Below are positions 27,616 to 39,300 of a stretch of 64,000 nucleotides of DNA, one piece after another. Below the pieces are notes generated by a model. The model had not been told where the DNA came from, ran no database searches, and saw only the letters and a program-made list of their open reading frames with translations. Made by a program: the position numbers and the translations under genes. This stretch comes from a virus, in the IMG/VR virus record IMGVR_UViG_3300033146_000850, positions 32,001 to 96,000 of that record. One strand, given 5' to 3'. Positions within the stretch are counted from its first letter, which is position 1. The number at the start of each line of letters is the position of its first letter.

Positions 27616-28770
27616 TTAAATTAATCGTTCATCTATCCAATTATGAGATTTTGTGATTAAATCCTCAAATTTTTCAATTAAAAGTTGAGGAAACAAACTA
27701 CGATGCTCCTTTAAAAATGATTCAAGAATATTAACAGGTAATAATTCTAGTTTCTTATCAATCATTGTTTCATAATGCTCTTGATATTTATTAGATTTTG
27801 AAAGTATTGAAAATAAATGCTCATCATTAATAAAAACTTGATTTGATGCATCCATATCATATAAAATGACCTTTGGTGTATTAGAAGACACTGGTATGCT
27901 ATCTTTACCGTATTGGTCTTTAAATATATCATAAACTTTATTATATATGTGTGTACCATTAACCGTAGAATTATTTTCATAATACCTAAAATCATTAATT
28001 TTATTATATATACCATTAGATATTATTTCATGATATTCTTCGATATCATCAAAACAATTTGATGCATTATTCCACATTTTCCCAGCAACCCATTGTAAAT
28101 CAAACGTTTTAACTGACCGTCTATCCCTATCTAATGCTATTTCACTGGGGATTATATTATATCCATATTGAAAATTGTTTTTGGACTCATCCGATACAAA
28201 TAACCCATTAATATATATTTTACTCTTATATTTTTCATCTAATAAAATTTCACCATATATAGTCTTATAACTATTCTTATCAGTATCACTTATATATCTA
28301 TCTTGGAATATTGCATATTCTTGTTCTGTAATTCCTTCTATAACAAATTGTAAATCATTATTCATAGGTTCTTTATAATTATCAATATCTATAACTAATA
28401 TATCACAACCATATTTTTTTGATTTTTTTATTCTTGGAATCCATTGCTCTGAATTATTAATTATAGTAACTTTTTTACCGAGTCTAGTCAATATTAATAA
28501 TGATAACTTATATCCCTCTCCATATTGACCTATTAAATTTTCATCATTAGCCTTACTTGTTTCACCTAATAATAACGTTTTTATTGGTAGAGTAGTGTTC
28601 ATATTTCCAATATATAAAATACCATCTTCATATTTGTGAATTATTTTATATTTTTGACTATCCTCCTGACATCTATCTATTACATTTTGTTGTAACTCTC
28701 GTAATGCTTCCCATACCCCCCAAGTTGGAACATAACTTGGGGACATTGTAATTTCAAATTCCCTACTCAT
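27616..28770 (-). CDS. GHKL/HATPase-fold protein
   Basis: WEALRELQQNVID, LLLGETSK and IGQYGEGYKL (N-box and G-boxes). Confidence 0.75.
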   Translation of the reverse strand: MSREFEITMSPSYVPTWGVWEALRELQQNVIDRCQEDSQKYKIIHKYEDGILYIGNMNTTLPIKTLLLGETSKANDENLIGQYGEGYKLSLLILTRLGKKVTIINNSEQWIPRIKKSKKYGCDILVIDIDNYKEPMNNDLQFVIEGITEQEYAIFQDRYISDTDKNSYKTIYGEILLDEKYKSKIYINGLFVSDESKNNFQYGYNIIPSEIALDRDRRSVKTFDLQWVAGKMWNNASNCFDDIEEYHEIISNGIYNKINDFRYYENNSTVNGTHIYNKVYDIFKDQYGKDSIPVSSNTPKVILYDMDASNQVFINDEHLFSILSKSNKYQEHYETMIDKKLELLPVNILESFLKEHRSLFPQLLIEKFEDLITKSHNWIDERLI

Positions 28771-28854
28771 AACTTACTCTCCTTTTTTATTTGTTGAGTT
28801 ACCTTTAATTTCAAAACTCATAATATCCTCCAAACATAAACATCTAACGAAAAC

Positions 28855-28883
28855 ATAATATCATAATTAAACATATATGTCAA
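28855..28883 (-). promoter_or_regulatory. Sigma70-type promoter
   Basis: Minus strand TTGACA-17 nt-TATTAT with TG extension. Confidence 0.6.
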
Positions 28884-28896
28884 GTTTTATTTAATT

Positions 28897-30585
28897 TTAT
28901 TTAGAACGAACATATTGCTTGAACTCATTTTTCCATAAATTATGTTTAGATTTAAACAGTCGTTTTAAATTGCCATCTAATAAAAATGTATCACACCAAT
29001 CATCTTCATTTCTCACCGCACGTCCAACACCTTGTATCAATTTATACACGGTTGTTTTTTCATATATTTCAGGGTAATTATTTATGATATACTTATTTCT
29101 AGTATCCCCTAATGATGGGTATGGTGCTTTGAAAAATATAATATATCTAGCAAGGTCATCGTCTAGGGATACCCCCTCAAATATACTAGGACTAATTAAT
29201 ACACTGGGATTTTTATATTTTTGAAATTCTTGTAAAACATTATTTAATCCTTTTCTTTTTTGTTGTGCAAATATTTTGACTCCAATATTATTCACAGAAA
29301 TATAATCATTAAGATGTTTCTCCACAAATTCCAATTGAGCAAAACTGGTGACTAATATCAACCCTTTACAATCATTATATTCATCGACAATATCATTAAC
29401 AACATCACCTATATCATTCATAAAATCTGTATTTTGCATTTTAGTATAATTAAAACCCTCTAAACTACAATCTATTATTTTTTTATTATCAGGGTCAAAA
29501 ATACTCCCACCATTAACAAACCCAATAGATTCCAAATTTAATGTTTCGTGAATTAATTCCTCATCTATAGTTGCTGACATAAATAAATTATATTCAGAAT
29601 TATTAACCCTATCAAATAAATCATGCATAAAAATTGGAGATATTGTAATTGAATCATATTTAAAATCAATAACGTGTTCATATCCAAGTTCAAAAAAATC
29701 ATCAATCTTTTGTTTTAAATTTTTAAATTTTTTATATATTTTACTACATCTTTTAAATTCTGGAAAATTTTCATCTGCACGCTCAATATCAGCTTTATTC
29801 ATCATATCACTGCTAATAATACCATATATCTCACATAAATCTTCAAGATAATCCATATAATTATCATTATCTATTTCTTTATTTTTTATTTTTTCAATAA
29901 TTGGGGGAAATTTATCAGCAACGGTTAATTGTTCAGATTTACATTCGTCATAATATTTATTCAATAGTTTAACATTAATCTCAATCTTTAAAAAATTAAC
30001 ATATATATCATTTTTACCGTGAGCTTCATCCCATATAGTAATCAATCTCTCGTTTAAATGATTAGAATATAAATTAGATGTATATATATAAGCATAGTTA
30101 CTTATAACGTGATTAGATGTGTTTATTAATTTTTTCATATTATAATATTTACAACTAGGACAATATTTCTTCATTTTGTCAGTGAGGTCACCTTTAATAT
30201 TAACACATTCCTCTGCTGTTGCACTATACGATTTAGATGATAATAATTTACATTCATAATTAACAGCCCCATTTACTTTTAACATATTAAATTTGTCAGA
30301 ATATGAATCTTCATATTGTTGTAATAGAGTATTTGTATGAGCAACTATAAATGAAGTTTTTCTATTGTTTTTTGTATTTTCATTTGTTAGATTATATAGT
30401 AATTCTGATGTTAATATTGCAATTAAACTTTTACCAATACCTGTAGATGCAGACAAAACAACATTCTTCTTTTTCTCATCAATAAAAAGTGTTAATATAT
30501 CATTAATAATATCCACCTGTCTTTCTCTAGGTGTTAAATTATAATAATCAAAAATATCCTCAATGTTTTGTCTGTAATCACTCAT
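28897..30585 (-). CDS. DinG/Rad3-like SF2 helicase
   Basis: Q motif (RERQ), ASTGIGKS, Cys cluster, DEAH, MSAT, FEGVSL, KAPYPSLGD and QGVGRAVR. Confidence 0.9.
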   Translation of the reverse strand: MSDYRQNIEDIFDYYNLTPRERQVDIINDILTLFIDEKKKNVVLSASTGIGKSLIAILTSELLYNLTNENTKNNRKTSFIVAHTNTLLQQYEDSYSDKFNMLKVNGAVNYECKLLSSKSYSATAEECVNIKGDLTDKMKKYCPSCKYYNMKKLINTSNHVISNYAYIYTSNLYSNHLNERLITIWDEAHGKNDIYVNFLKIEINVKLLNKYYDECKSEQLTVADKFPPIIEKIKNKEIDNDNYMDYLEDLCEIYGIISSDMMNKADIERADENFPEFKRCSKIYKKFKNLKQKIDDFFELGYEHVIDFKYDSITISPIFMHDLFDRVNNSEYNLFMSATIDEELIHETLNLESIGFVNGGSIFDPDNKKIIDCSLEGFNYTKMQNTDFMNDIGDVVNDIVDEYNDCKGLILVTSFAQLEFVEKHLNDYISVNNIGVKIFAQQKRKGLNNVLQEFQKYKNPSVLISPSIFEGVSLDDDLARYIIFFKAPYPSLGDTRNKYIINNYPEIYEKTTVYKLIQGVGRAVRNEDDWCDTFLLDGNLKRLFKSKHNLWKNEFKQYVRSK

Positions 30586-30644
30586 TTATTCCTCCAATAA
30601 ATCCAACAACATAATAATTATATCATAATAATTATAACATAGTA

Positions 30645-30673
30645 ATTATATCACAATATAATATCAAAGTCAA
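30645..30673 (-). promoter_or_regulatory. Sigma70-type promoter with extended -10
   Basis: Minus strand TTGACT-N12-TGTGA-TATAAT upstream of the helicase. Confidence 0.7.
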
Positions 30674-30693
30674 ATAAATAAATAAATAAACAT

Positions 30694-31581
30694 ATGTATT
30701 ATATAATAGGAGAAATAATTATGAAAAAACAACACATTAAAGAGACTTTACTTTCAGATTTGGAAAAGGCTATGGAAGAACCCAAAAAAAATATTCCAGC
30801 TGATGATGTTGAAGAGCTTACAATTAAGCCTGGTTCAAATACTGATTATGATTTATATGTAAAAAAACTTATGGATGATGAATATTGCTTCAAAAAAGAT
30901 AATATATCTAATTTGAAACAAGGTAATAGACGTGATGCAATTAAAGAGCTTGGAGATGATATATCTAATGAGCAATCACCTGGAAACCCCAATGTAAATC
31001 GAATGTATCGGTTTAGAAATAATGATAATACACCTACAAAAATCGATATTAAAAACAATATATTACAAGGTGATGAGATTAGCAATAATCCTGTTGAATT
31101 ACAAGCTGGCAAGTATCGTTTTAAAAATAATGATATGTCAGGTAATTGGAATGTTGGTGATGAGATTACTATTCCACAAAGATTATCATTTAAAAAAAAT
31201 ATACTTGGTAAATTAGTTTTTGAAATAGATGTTAATGATACAAAAGCATATATAACTAAAGATTTCTTAGAGAAAATAGAAAATATAACAGAAGACGAAG
31301 GTGGTGGAGGAGATGTTGGTGGTGGTGAATCAACTGATGGTGGAATAATGACCTCAACAAATAATATTTCAACATATGCAACACCTTTTACTAAAAATTC
31401 AGTTCAAAAAAGAAAAAATCCTAATATGTTTTTAACAGATGACGAAGAAGTTGTTGAAGAAGATGGTAGTGATTTTTCCTGGACTTGGAGCAAAGTTAAA
31501 AATCCACAGACAAAACATGAACAACCCGCTATTGATGATGATTTAATAAAAAAATTAAAAATTCATACACATAACAGTTAA
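30694..31581 (+). CDS. Hypothetical protein, possibly a head-internal/core protein
   Basis: Probable start MKKQH after GGAG; ITE-DEGGGG...TSTNNI segment resembles protease-processed T4-like core proteins. Confidence 0.5.
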   Translation: MYYIIGEIIMKKQHIKETLLSDLEKAMEEPKKNIPADDVEELTIKPGSNTDYDLYVKKLMDDEYCFKKDNISNLKQGNRRDAIKELGDDISNEQSPGNPNVNRMYRFRNNDNTPTKIDIKNNILQGDEISNNPVELQAGKYRFKNNDMSGNWNVGDEITIPQRLSFKKNILGKLVFEIDVNDTKAYITKDFLEKIENITEDEGGGGDVGGGESTDGGIMTSTNNISTYATPFTKNSVQKRKNPNMFLTDDEEVVEEDGSDFSWTWSKVKNPQTKHEQPAIDDDLIKKLKIHTHNS

Positions 31582-31655
31582 AACAATAGAAATCAAGTTA
31601 TATTAATATTTAAATCATAAATATTAATATAAATTGAACCTAAAGAGGGATTAAA

Positions 31656-34076
31656 ATGTCAAATATAAATTTAATTGCAACAAATTTTGAAGATATTAAA
31701 AAGACAATTATAAATAAATATAAAAATGACCCAGATAGTCCATTTTTAGACTATGATTTTCAAGGTAGTGCTTTAAATTATCTAATAGATATACTATCTT
31801 ATGCTACAATGTATAATAACTATTATAGTTCAGTTGCTATTAATGAATTATATTTACCATATGCTCAAAAAAATAAAAACATATACGCACTTGCAAACTC
31901 TTTGGGTTATTTACCTAGAAGACCATCAAGTTCAATCGCATATATTAGACCAGAATTACCAGAAATATATAATCCTGATTTAACTAAAGATATTGTTATA
32001 CCTGTTTATACTAAATTAAAATCTCAAAAAGGATTGAACTATATTTTAATGGAAGAAATACGATTCAGATATAATTTAGCAACAAATAAATGGTGTACTG
32101 TAAAAAATAACATTTTTGAACCTGATGATTCCCCATATTATTATAAAATTAAACAGGGTCAATTCCAACAAGTGACATTTTTACCAACACAGCAACCATT
32201 ACAACGGGTATTTATAGATAAATTAAACATTGATAATGCTCACGATTCAATATTAGTTCAAGATACCACAAATTATGAATATTGGACACCATTTTATGAT
32301 ATTTCAGATTTTAATCTTGATATATCTCACGATAATATATTTAATAATAATGTTACAGTAGAAGAACTCAAAAATGAAATAATTATCGATGATTTATGGG
32401 ATAATTTTATATTAAATTTAAATTCAGCAAAAACATTTTTTTTAAGTGGTGATGAAGCTGGAACATATATTAATTTTGGTGACGGCACGCTAGGTGCTAT
32501 ACCTGAAAACCAAATGGATATATTATATATATTGACAGAGGGTGAAAATGGTAACGGTGATACTATATTTGATTTTAGTGGTGTTGTAGATTACTCCAAA
32601 ACTGATGGTAGTGTTGGAACTATAAACCTTAAAAATGTAAATGCAATAATACAACATAATACATCATCAACAGGTGGAAGTAAAGCAGAAACAGCTGAAT
32701 CAGTAAGACGTTTAGCTCCATCTTTTAATAATACACAGAATAGAGAGGTTACCGAAACTGATTATGAGGCATTTTTAATGCAACAAAACTCGGTTCAATT
32801 GAATAATGTTAAGTGTATAGGTGGTGAAAAATTAAAACCTATAAAAATGGGAGCGATTGGAATTTGTGCAAGCAAAACTACCGCTAATAATGATATCAAG
32901 GCATCTTTATTAACAGATACAGAAAAAGAACTGCTACGTTTTATATTAAAAAATCAAAACATAGTCTCAATAAATCCAATATTTATACCACCCGAATTTG
33001 TCCGAATAAATATTGATACTACTATATATTATAATCCAATTCTATATGAAGATTATAGGGTATTTCAATCCGCTGATTCCGCAATTAAAACATATTTCTC
33101 AATGATTCAAGGGTTTAAAAAATACTTTAAATCTTCAAATTTAATATCTGTATTTGATAAGTTGCCAGAAATAGACCATAATTTAACAACTGCTGACCTT
33201 GAATATATTAAACTGATTAAAAAAGAAAATATTCAAGAGTATATGTATATTAATTTTGGTAATAATAACCCATTAATGAAAAATAGTATAACGAAAACAA
33301 AAACATCTGAATATTTCTTGAAAATATTCAATAATAATACATTCTACGATTGGACTGAATACGACAAAATCAATAACCAATCAGGAATATTCATCAAACC
33401 TGATGGTGTTAGCTCTTGGGACTTTTCTAAATTTCAACACTCCTCAATCACAAATAAAAGTAAAATACATAAGATATTTTTATATGATTTAGTAGAGGAA
33501 TATACTGATAATTCAAATGTTGGTAATCTATATCTTGTTGAAAAAATGCCTCACAAATTAAAAGCTGTCAGGATAAACAATAATAATGATTTTCCATACT
33601 TTTTTAAATATGAAGATGTTCAAGAAACAGGTAAACGCAAATTAATAGGTGAAGTACAATATAATACTGGGTTAATTAGATTATATTTAGATAATCTATC
33701 TTTTAGATATCTTAAAAATAATAAAAAAAGTAGAAGAATTGCAATTGAAACAGTTAAAAATGAAAAATTTGTTGTTACTAACACCGGAACTGAAAAAATC
33801 ATTACATATACAGATATAGATAATAAAAACGATGCATATAGTGATTATGATGATATATTTTTCAATGAATATCCTTTTGATAGTGTTAGTAATCTACCTT
33901 GGCACGAATCCCCAACACCAACAATTTTTGAACCAAATACCAGAACTGTTACTGATGAGTTCTTTTTAGAGTTCGGTTTTGATACTGTAAGGGAAGATTT
34001 TCAAAGTCAAGGTAATATGATTTTAACACTCGGTGATTGGGTTGTTAAAAAAATTAAAGAGGTTAATAAAAAATGA
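31656..34076 (+). CDS. gp6: Baseplate wedge subunit (T4 gp6-like)
   Basis: NFEDIK...DYDFQGSALNYLIDILSY, LGYLPR, INFGDG.LG and GGSKAETAESVR...QNREVTETDY; CATAAATA at 31616. Confidence 0.9.
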   Translation: MSNINLIATNFEDIKKTIINKYKNDPDSPFLDYDFQGSALNYLIDILSYATMYNNYYSSVAINELYLPYAQKNKNIYALANSLGYLPRRPSSSIAYIRPELPEIYNPDLTKDIVIPVYTKLKSQKGLNYILMEEIRFRYNLATNKWCTVKNNIFEPDDSPYYYKIKQGQFQQVTFLPTQQPLQRVFIDKLNIDNAHDSILVQDTTNYEYWTPFYDISDFNLDISHDNIFNNNVTVEELKNEIIIDDLWDNFILNLNSAKTFFLSGDEAGTYINFGDGTLGAIPENQMDILYILTEGENGNGDTIFDFSGVVDYSKTDGSVGTINLKNVNAIIQHNTSSTGGSKAETAESVRRLAPSFNNTQNREVTETDYEAFLMQQNSVQLNNVKCIGGEKLKPIKMGAIGICASKTTANNDIKASLLTDTEKELLRFILKNQNIVSINPIFIPPEFVRINIDTTIYYNPILYEDYRVFQSADSAIKTYFSMIQGFKKYFKSSNLISVFDKLPEIDHNLTTADLEYIKLIKKENIQEYMYINFGNNNPLMKNSITKTKTSEYFLKIFNNNTFYDWTEYDKINNQSGIFIKPDGVSSWDFSKFQHSSITNKSKIHKIFLYDLVEEYTDNSNVGNLYLVEKMPHKLKAVRINNNNDFPYFFKYEDVQETGKRKLIGEVQYNTGLIRLYLDNLSFRYLKNNKKSRRIAIETVKNEKFVVTNTGTEKIITYTDIDNKNDAYSDYDDIFFNEYPFDSVSNLPWHESPTPTIFEPNTRTVTDEFFLEFGFDTVREDFQSQGNMILTLGDWVVKKIKEVNKK

Positions 34077-35293
34077 TAACCAATTCTATTGTTAATAAAA
34101 AATATCTAAGTATTATGGTTGATAGATTCTTCTCTAGATATCAACACGAAGAACAACCTCAATTTGTAAATTTCGTAAAACAATGGTTTAAATATGCCGA
34201 AGAATCTTATATTGATGAAGATGGGTCCACTAAATTTTCATTCTGGAGGACTTTAAGTAATATAGAGGATTTTATAGACATAGATAAAGTGCCAAATGAA
34301 TTGTTAAAGTATTTTATGGAACATTATGCTAATAATTTTAGTAATATTATTGAAAATATTCCATTTTTTGTGGAATGGGATATTGATTCTTGGGGTAATA
34401 GACATAGAGTTAAAGATTCGAATGGTAATATTATATATAGATACGATAATATTAGAATGTTTTTAAAAACATCTAGGAAATTTTTTCTATCTAAGGGTAG
34501 CTACTATTCTTTTATGTATCTTTTTAAATTGTTTGGAGGTTCATTGGAAATTATTCCACTAGATAGAGATATTATTAGAACTAGTGACCCTAGACACTTG
34601 TTAAGTGCTCCAAACCCTAAAACAAATAGAATGAGCCACGTTCACGGAATAGACCCAGACCCTTATGACCCAAATCGTAAAACTATTAAAGTTAATAGTA
34701 TAGGTGGAATTATCCCAATTAGAGATTGGTGGTATACTTTCTATTCTTATAAAATAATAACAGATTTGAGTGAGGAGTTTTACAAACCTATCGTGTTGGA
34801 AATATGTCATCCAGCAGGTATGAAATGTACTTGGAAAGAAAAAATAGATACAAGTAAATTGGATGGTTGGGGATATAATTCCTGGGGTAATATTAACGAA
34901 AACGATAAAAACTCCTGGGGTAATTTACTTGGAATATCTGAAAATCAACAAGTGTCATTAAGTACTACTTTTATTAAATTTAATAACACCAGCCCTAATT
35001 TAATGACTAACTATCGTGAAATCGAAATTAGAAATATTGGAGAACAACCATTAGAAATATATAACATCTCATCATCGGATAATTTAAACTTTACATTGAT
35101 ATTCGATGGGATAGATGCTGGACACACTCCAATAGTATCTATTCCTCTCATAATTAACTTTGGTGAGACGAAAACCTTTGCGGTAAGGTTTAACCCTAAG
35201 TCGATAGGTTTTAAAGCCTCTACCATCGTTATTGACTCAAATAGTGAAATTAATAATATTAAAAATATTGAAATAGAGGGATATTGTGTTTAA
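34073..35293 (+). CDS. Baseplate wedge protein (gp7-like N-terminus) with C-terminal Ig-like (ASH/PapD-like) domain
   Basis: FVNFVKQWFKY, FFLSKGSYYSFMYLFKLF and HPAGMK; C-terminal IRNIGEQPLEI...FAVRFNP..IG.K...IDSN. Confidence 0.7.
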   Translation: MITNSIVNKKYLSIMVDRFFSRYQHEEQPQFVNFVKQWFKYAEESYIDEDGSTKFSFWRTLSNIEDFIDIDKVPNELLKYFMEHYANNFSNIIENIPFFVEWDIDSWGNRHRVKDSNGNIIYRYDNIRMFLKTSRKFFLSKGSYYSFMYLFKLFGGSLEIIPLDRDIIRTSDPRHLLSAPNPKTNRMSHVHGIDPDPYDPNRKTIKVNSIGGIIPIRDWWYTFYSYKIITDLSEEFYKPIVLEICHPAGMKCTWKEKIDTSKLDGWGYNSWGNINENDKNSWGNLLGISENQQVSLSTTFIKFNNTSPNLMTNYREIEIRNIGEQPLEIYNISSSDNLNFTLIFDGIDAGHTPIVSIPLIINFGETKTFAVRFNPKSIGFKASTIVIDSNSEINNIKNIEIEGYCV

Positions 35294-36174
35294 TAAACAT
35301 TTCTAACACATATTATTTGGTGCAACTCTTCTTGATTTTCTACTACCAATTCCCCATCTAAACCATCACCATTAATTACATTGATGTAATTTAATGCTGT
35401 TCCAGGCATAACATCTACATTATAAACCCAATATGACATTATAAAACCAGGTATTTTTGATAGTTCTACCAATGGTGGAAACATTGTAGCTGGGTTTTGA
35501 TATTTTGTATTTATAATAGTTCTCCAGTCTGTTAATTTTGGCACTCTCCAAGTTCCAACCATCTCATTACACCTCATATAGTTCCTACCATATGTGAACA
35601 TTTTCGAAGTTGGGTTTACTGCCCATTCTAATTTATTTCTTTTATCCGTATATCTATCACCATACATATCACTACCACTATATTCGTATATACTATTACA
35701 TATTGTAGAGTTACCATAATGAATACAATCTAAATGGTCATATCTACAGGTGTCATTCGGAAAACACTCTTGTCCATCGTGACCATAATTATCAAATAAA
35801 TCACCATCAGATAAATCACCATCAGATAATTCACCATCAGATAATTCATCGTTATCAATTAATTCATCATCAGACACCTCATCATCAATTAATTCTTCAT
35901 CAGATAATTCCTCATTATCAATTGTTTCCACATCATTAGAAATATTTTCACTATCAACAAGTACATCAACATCAATCAACTCATTAACATCAGATATTTC
36001 TTCATTGTCAACATCAATAATTGTAGATGAATCAGGAGCTTCAATATAAACTATTTTCTCTATAGTTCGCCCTTCCTCTCCACAGGAAAATAACAACATC
36101 ATTAAAATCATCACCATAACATAAATTCTCATAATAATCTCCATTTTAAAATATAAAACTAAACACAAATTCAC
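35290..36174 (-). CDS. Predicted lipoprotein with acidic linker and DUF1566/Lcl-like C-terminal domain
   Basis: Probable start MRIYV (GGAG RBS) and lipobox LLFSC; DxELSD repeats; TDKRNKLEW...C...WRVPKLTDW..YW...ICVR. Confidence 0.7.
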   Translation of the reverse strand: MNLCLVLYFKMEIIMRIYVMVMILMMLLFSCGEEGRTIEKIVYIEAPDSSTIIDVDNEEISDVNELIDVDVLVDSENISNDVETIDNEELSDEELIDDEVSDDELIDNDELSDGELSDGDLSDGDLFDNYGHDGQECFPNDTCRYDHLDCIHYGNSTICNSIYEYSGSDMYGDRYTDKRNKLEWAVNPTSKMFTYGRNYMRCNEMVGTWRVPKLTDWRTIINTKYQNPATMFPPLVELSKIPGFIMSYWVYNVDVMPGTALNYINVINGDGLDGELVVENQEELHQIICVRNVY

Positions 36175-36201
36175 TATATCACATATTAATCAACATGTCA
36201 A
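36173..36201 (-). promoter_or_regulatory. Sigma70-type promoter with extended -10
   Basis: Minus strand TTGACA-N12-TGTGA-TATAGT. Confidence 0.65.
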
Positions 36202-36326
36202 GTTTTTTATTAATTTATTTTTAAAAAAATGAAAATACTAAATATTTATAAATCTATAAACAATGAGAATATAGGTAAATAATATAAATATAAAATATAA
36301 TTTAATTAATCGTAGGGGATTAACAC

Positions 36327-39300
36327 ATGGACATTTTAAACAGAAAAGGTTTACAATATAGTAATTATTTTGATGACTTCTTTAAGGAAGGTGGTTTTGC
36401 TGATAAATATAGACAAATATTATTCCACCCAGGAAGGGTTCTACAAAGTAGAGAATTAACCCAATTACAAACTTTATTAAATGAATATAGTAAGGCACAT
36501 TTAGATAATGTTTTTAAAAATGGGAGTGTTGTTCAAGGATGTTATTTAACAACGTTTCACGATGATGACAATAACACTGATTATATAAAATTAGAGGACG
36601 GTTTGGTATATTTTGATGGTAGTATGTATAAAATATCAGACCTCAAATTAGAACTTAATAATGATTTTAAACATATATTGGAATCACAAACACCTATAAA
36701 CAAAATAAATGCAACCATTGGTATAATGGTTAATTATGAAATAATTTCAAATACAGGTGATTTATCTGGTGTGGATTCAGATGAACAATTGTCATTATTA
36801 GACCCTGCAATACAATATTTTGATGCTGAATCTACTATCGGTGCAGATAGATTAAAAGTATATTTTAATCTTGTGTTGAAAATTAAGGCTAATTCGACAG
36901 ATTATACTTATTTTTACAATAATGATGGGTCTGTTATAAACACATCAGAATTTGATTATGAAAACATTCATTATTTTGATGTTGCTAGAACTCTAATATC
37001 TTATGGTGATGTTGTATGGGAGCCAAATACATCATATCATGAAAATCAGATAATTATACCTACAATATCTAATGGGTATAAATATAAAGTAACAACTCCT
37101 GGTGATAGTGGTGTAATCGAGCCAATATGGTCATTAATTATAGGTAACACTAATATTGATAATACAATAACGTGGACAAATGATGGTGTTGAATCAACTA
37201 AATATTCCACAGAAAATGTTTCGTATCTAAATAGAAACTATAAATTTAAAGATGTTGATGATGGAGTAACAAATATCGAGGATTCTATATTAGAAGGGTT
37301 AGATATACAATCTAACAATGACCTTGATTTGAATATAAACTCAATCATTAATAAGCAAAATGATATATATAATAACCTAACTTATTTTAATGTTTCAAAA
37401 GGTATAGGTAAAATAAACGGAGAACACGTACCAACAGTAAAAAATACATTGTTTAAATTTGATAAACCATCTAAATTACCTGATGGAAGTAATAGTGGGG
37501 TGAATACCGAGGCTATCAATAGTTATAAAGATGATAATTCAAATGAAGGTGTATATTTTAAATATTTCGTAGAAAATAATCATTATTCTAGAATAGGGGC
37601 TGGACCATACTCGTTTGACCATTCAGAAAATTTCCAATTTATGTCCGTGGGTCGTAGGGTAGCAATTCAAGAATATGATAACTCTAATGGATTATATTAT
37701 ACAATAGCAAAGGCAAATATTTGTAATATTGATAATAAATATAATACAATAACTGATTTTAATCAACCTGAATCCTGGGATAAGTTTAAATATAAAGGTT
37801 TTTGGAAAGAAAACGAAAAATCATTATATATAGAGGGTATAACTGAAATAGATGAAAACGTTGCTAAACTCTATCGGGATTCTTCGAACTCATATACTTT
37901 AAAATTAACTGAACCAGTTGCATACGATATTTTAAATAATAATTGTAATGGTGGATTGCAAGCTATTGGTCAAATATTCAACTATGAAGATGTTGAATTT
38001 GAATATAAATATGTAATGTCGGCATCTGTTGAACCAGGTATCCCAAATTTCACATCAACTATGTATGTAGTGAAACACTCTAGTTTCAATTTAAATACGG
38101 CTGAACTTTTCAACAATAGTAAAGGCGGAATAATAATAATTAATAACGAGCTTTACACTATCGTAGGAGCTACACATATAACTGGAACTACCACCATACG
38201 TCTACAATTAGCTAGAATTGACTATACTTATATGTTAAATGTAGATGGGTCTTATTCTTATAATCCATCAATGAGAGCCACCGATGACATCACAACCAAA
38301 CAATCCACACCAGGTAATTATACACACGATATCAAATTTATAAAATACCACTTAGTTAAAAATATATTAGACGATACAACATTTACAATAGAATATAACG
38401 ATAATAATACATCCGACTGGTCACAGCTACCAACAAATCAAAATTTAGCTGAAAAATTTATAACTATAACGTCCCCTTGGGATGATATGAATGGTTTCCA
38501 AACAATAATACGAAACTCGACTAATAATAAAATCGACCAACGTGATAAAGTAATAACATATGAACCTATTGTTCCATATTTATTTAATAAATATCACATT
38601 TTCGCTGGGGATAGTCTTAGATTATTAAATGATATAACTCAAACAATACCTAAAAATAATTATAATCAAATTGGAGATGAGATAAATTTGAACCCAGGAT
38701 ATACCACAACATTGATGAAACCTGGGGATAGAATATATAATGGAATTACAAATAAAAATAATGTTTGTATCATTAAAGAAATTATAGATGACAACCGTCT
38801 ACGTATAATAAGTAGTGAGAGTGGATGTGAAATTGCCACTATTACTTATTATACCAGTTATCCAGGTACTCCTACTATTTATGAGTATATAATAACATTA
38901 ACTGATAGTTATATTATAGATGAAGAGATACTCAAACGTGGGGATTACATAAAAATACCTGGTGATAATTTATCCATAACAGATATCTCTAGTGGAACAA
39001 TAACAGCTTTAGGATATAATAATAATAATACATACTGTGGACCGTTTACATTTGGGGATATGCTAAGCCAAATTGTAGAAGATTTACATTACACCATAGG
39101 TGCAGATTTTTATAATTATAAAATTGAAAATAATGATATTTTTTGGGATTTCAAAATAGAAGATATTAAAAATATTGGCAATCCTAACAATGCAAATCAA
39201 ACCAATGATAATTCATTTGCTGACAGCAACAATCTAGGCACGTTTAATATATCATACCATTCTTCTAATTTTAAAAATACATATCTGAATGATATAATAT

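Noticed and set aside
35290-35500. Diversity-generating retroelement
   Set aside because: No reverse transcriptase and no template/variable repeat pair is visible in the window.
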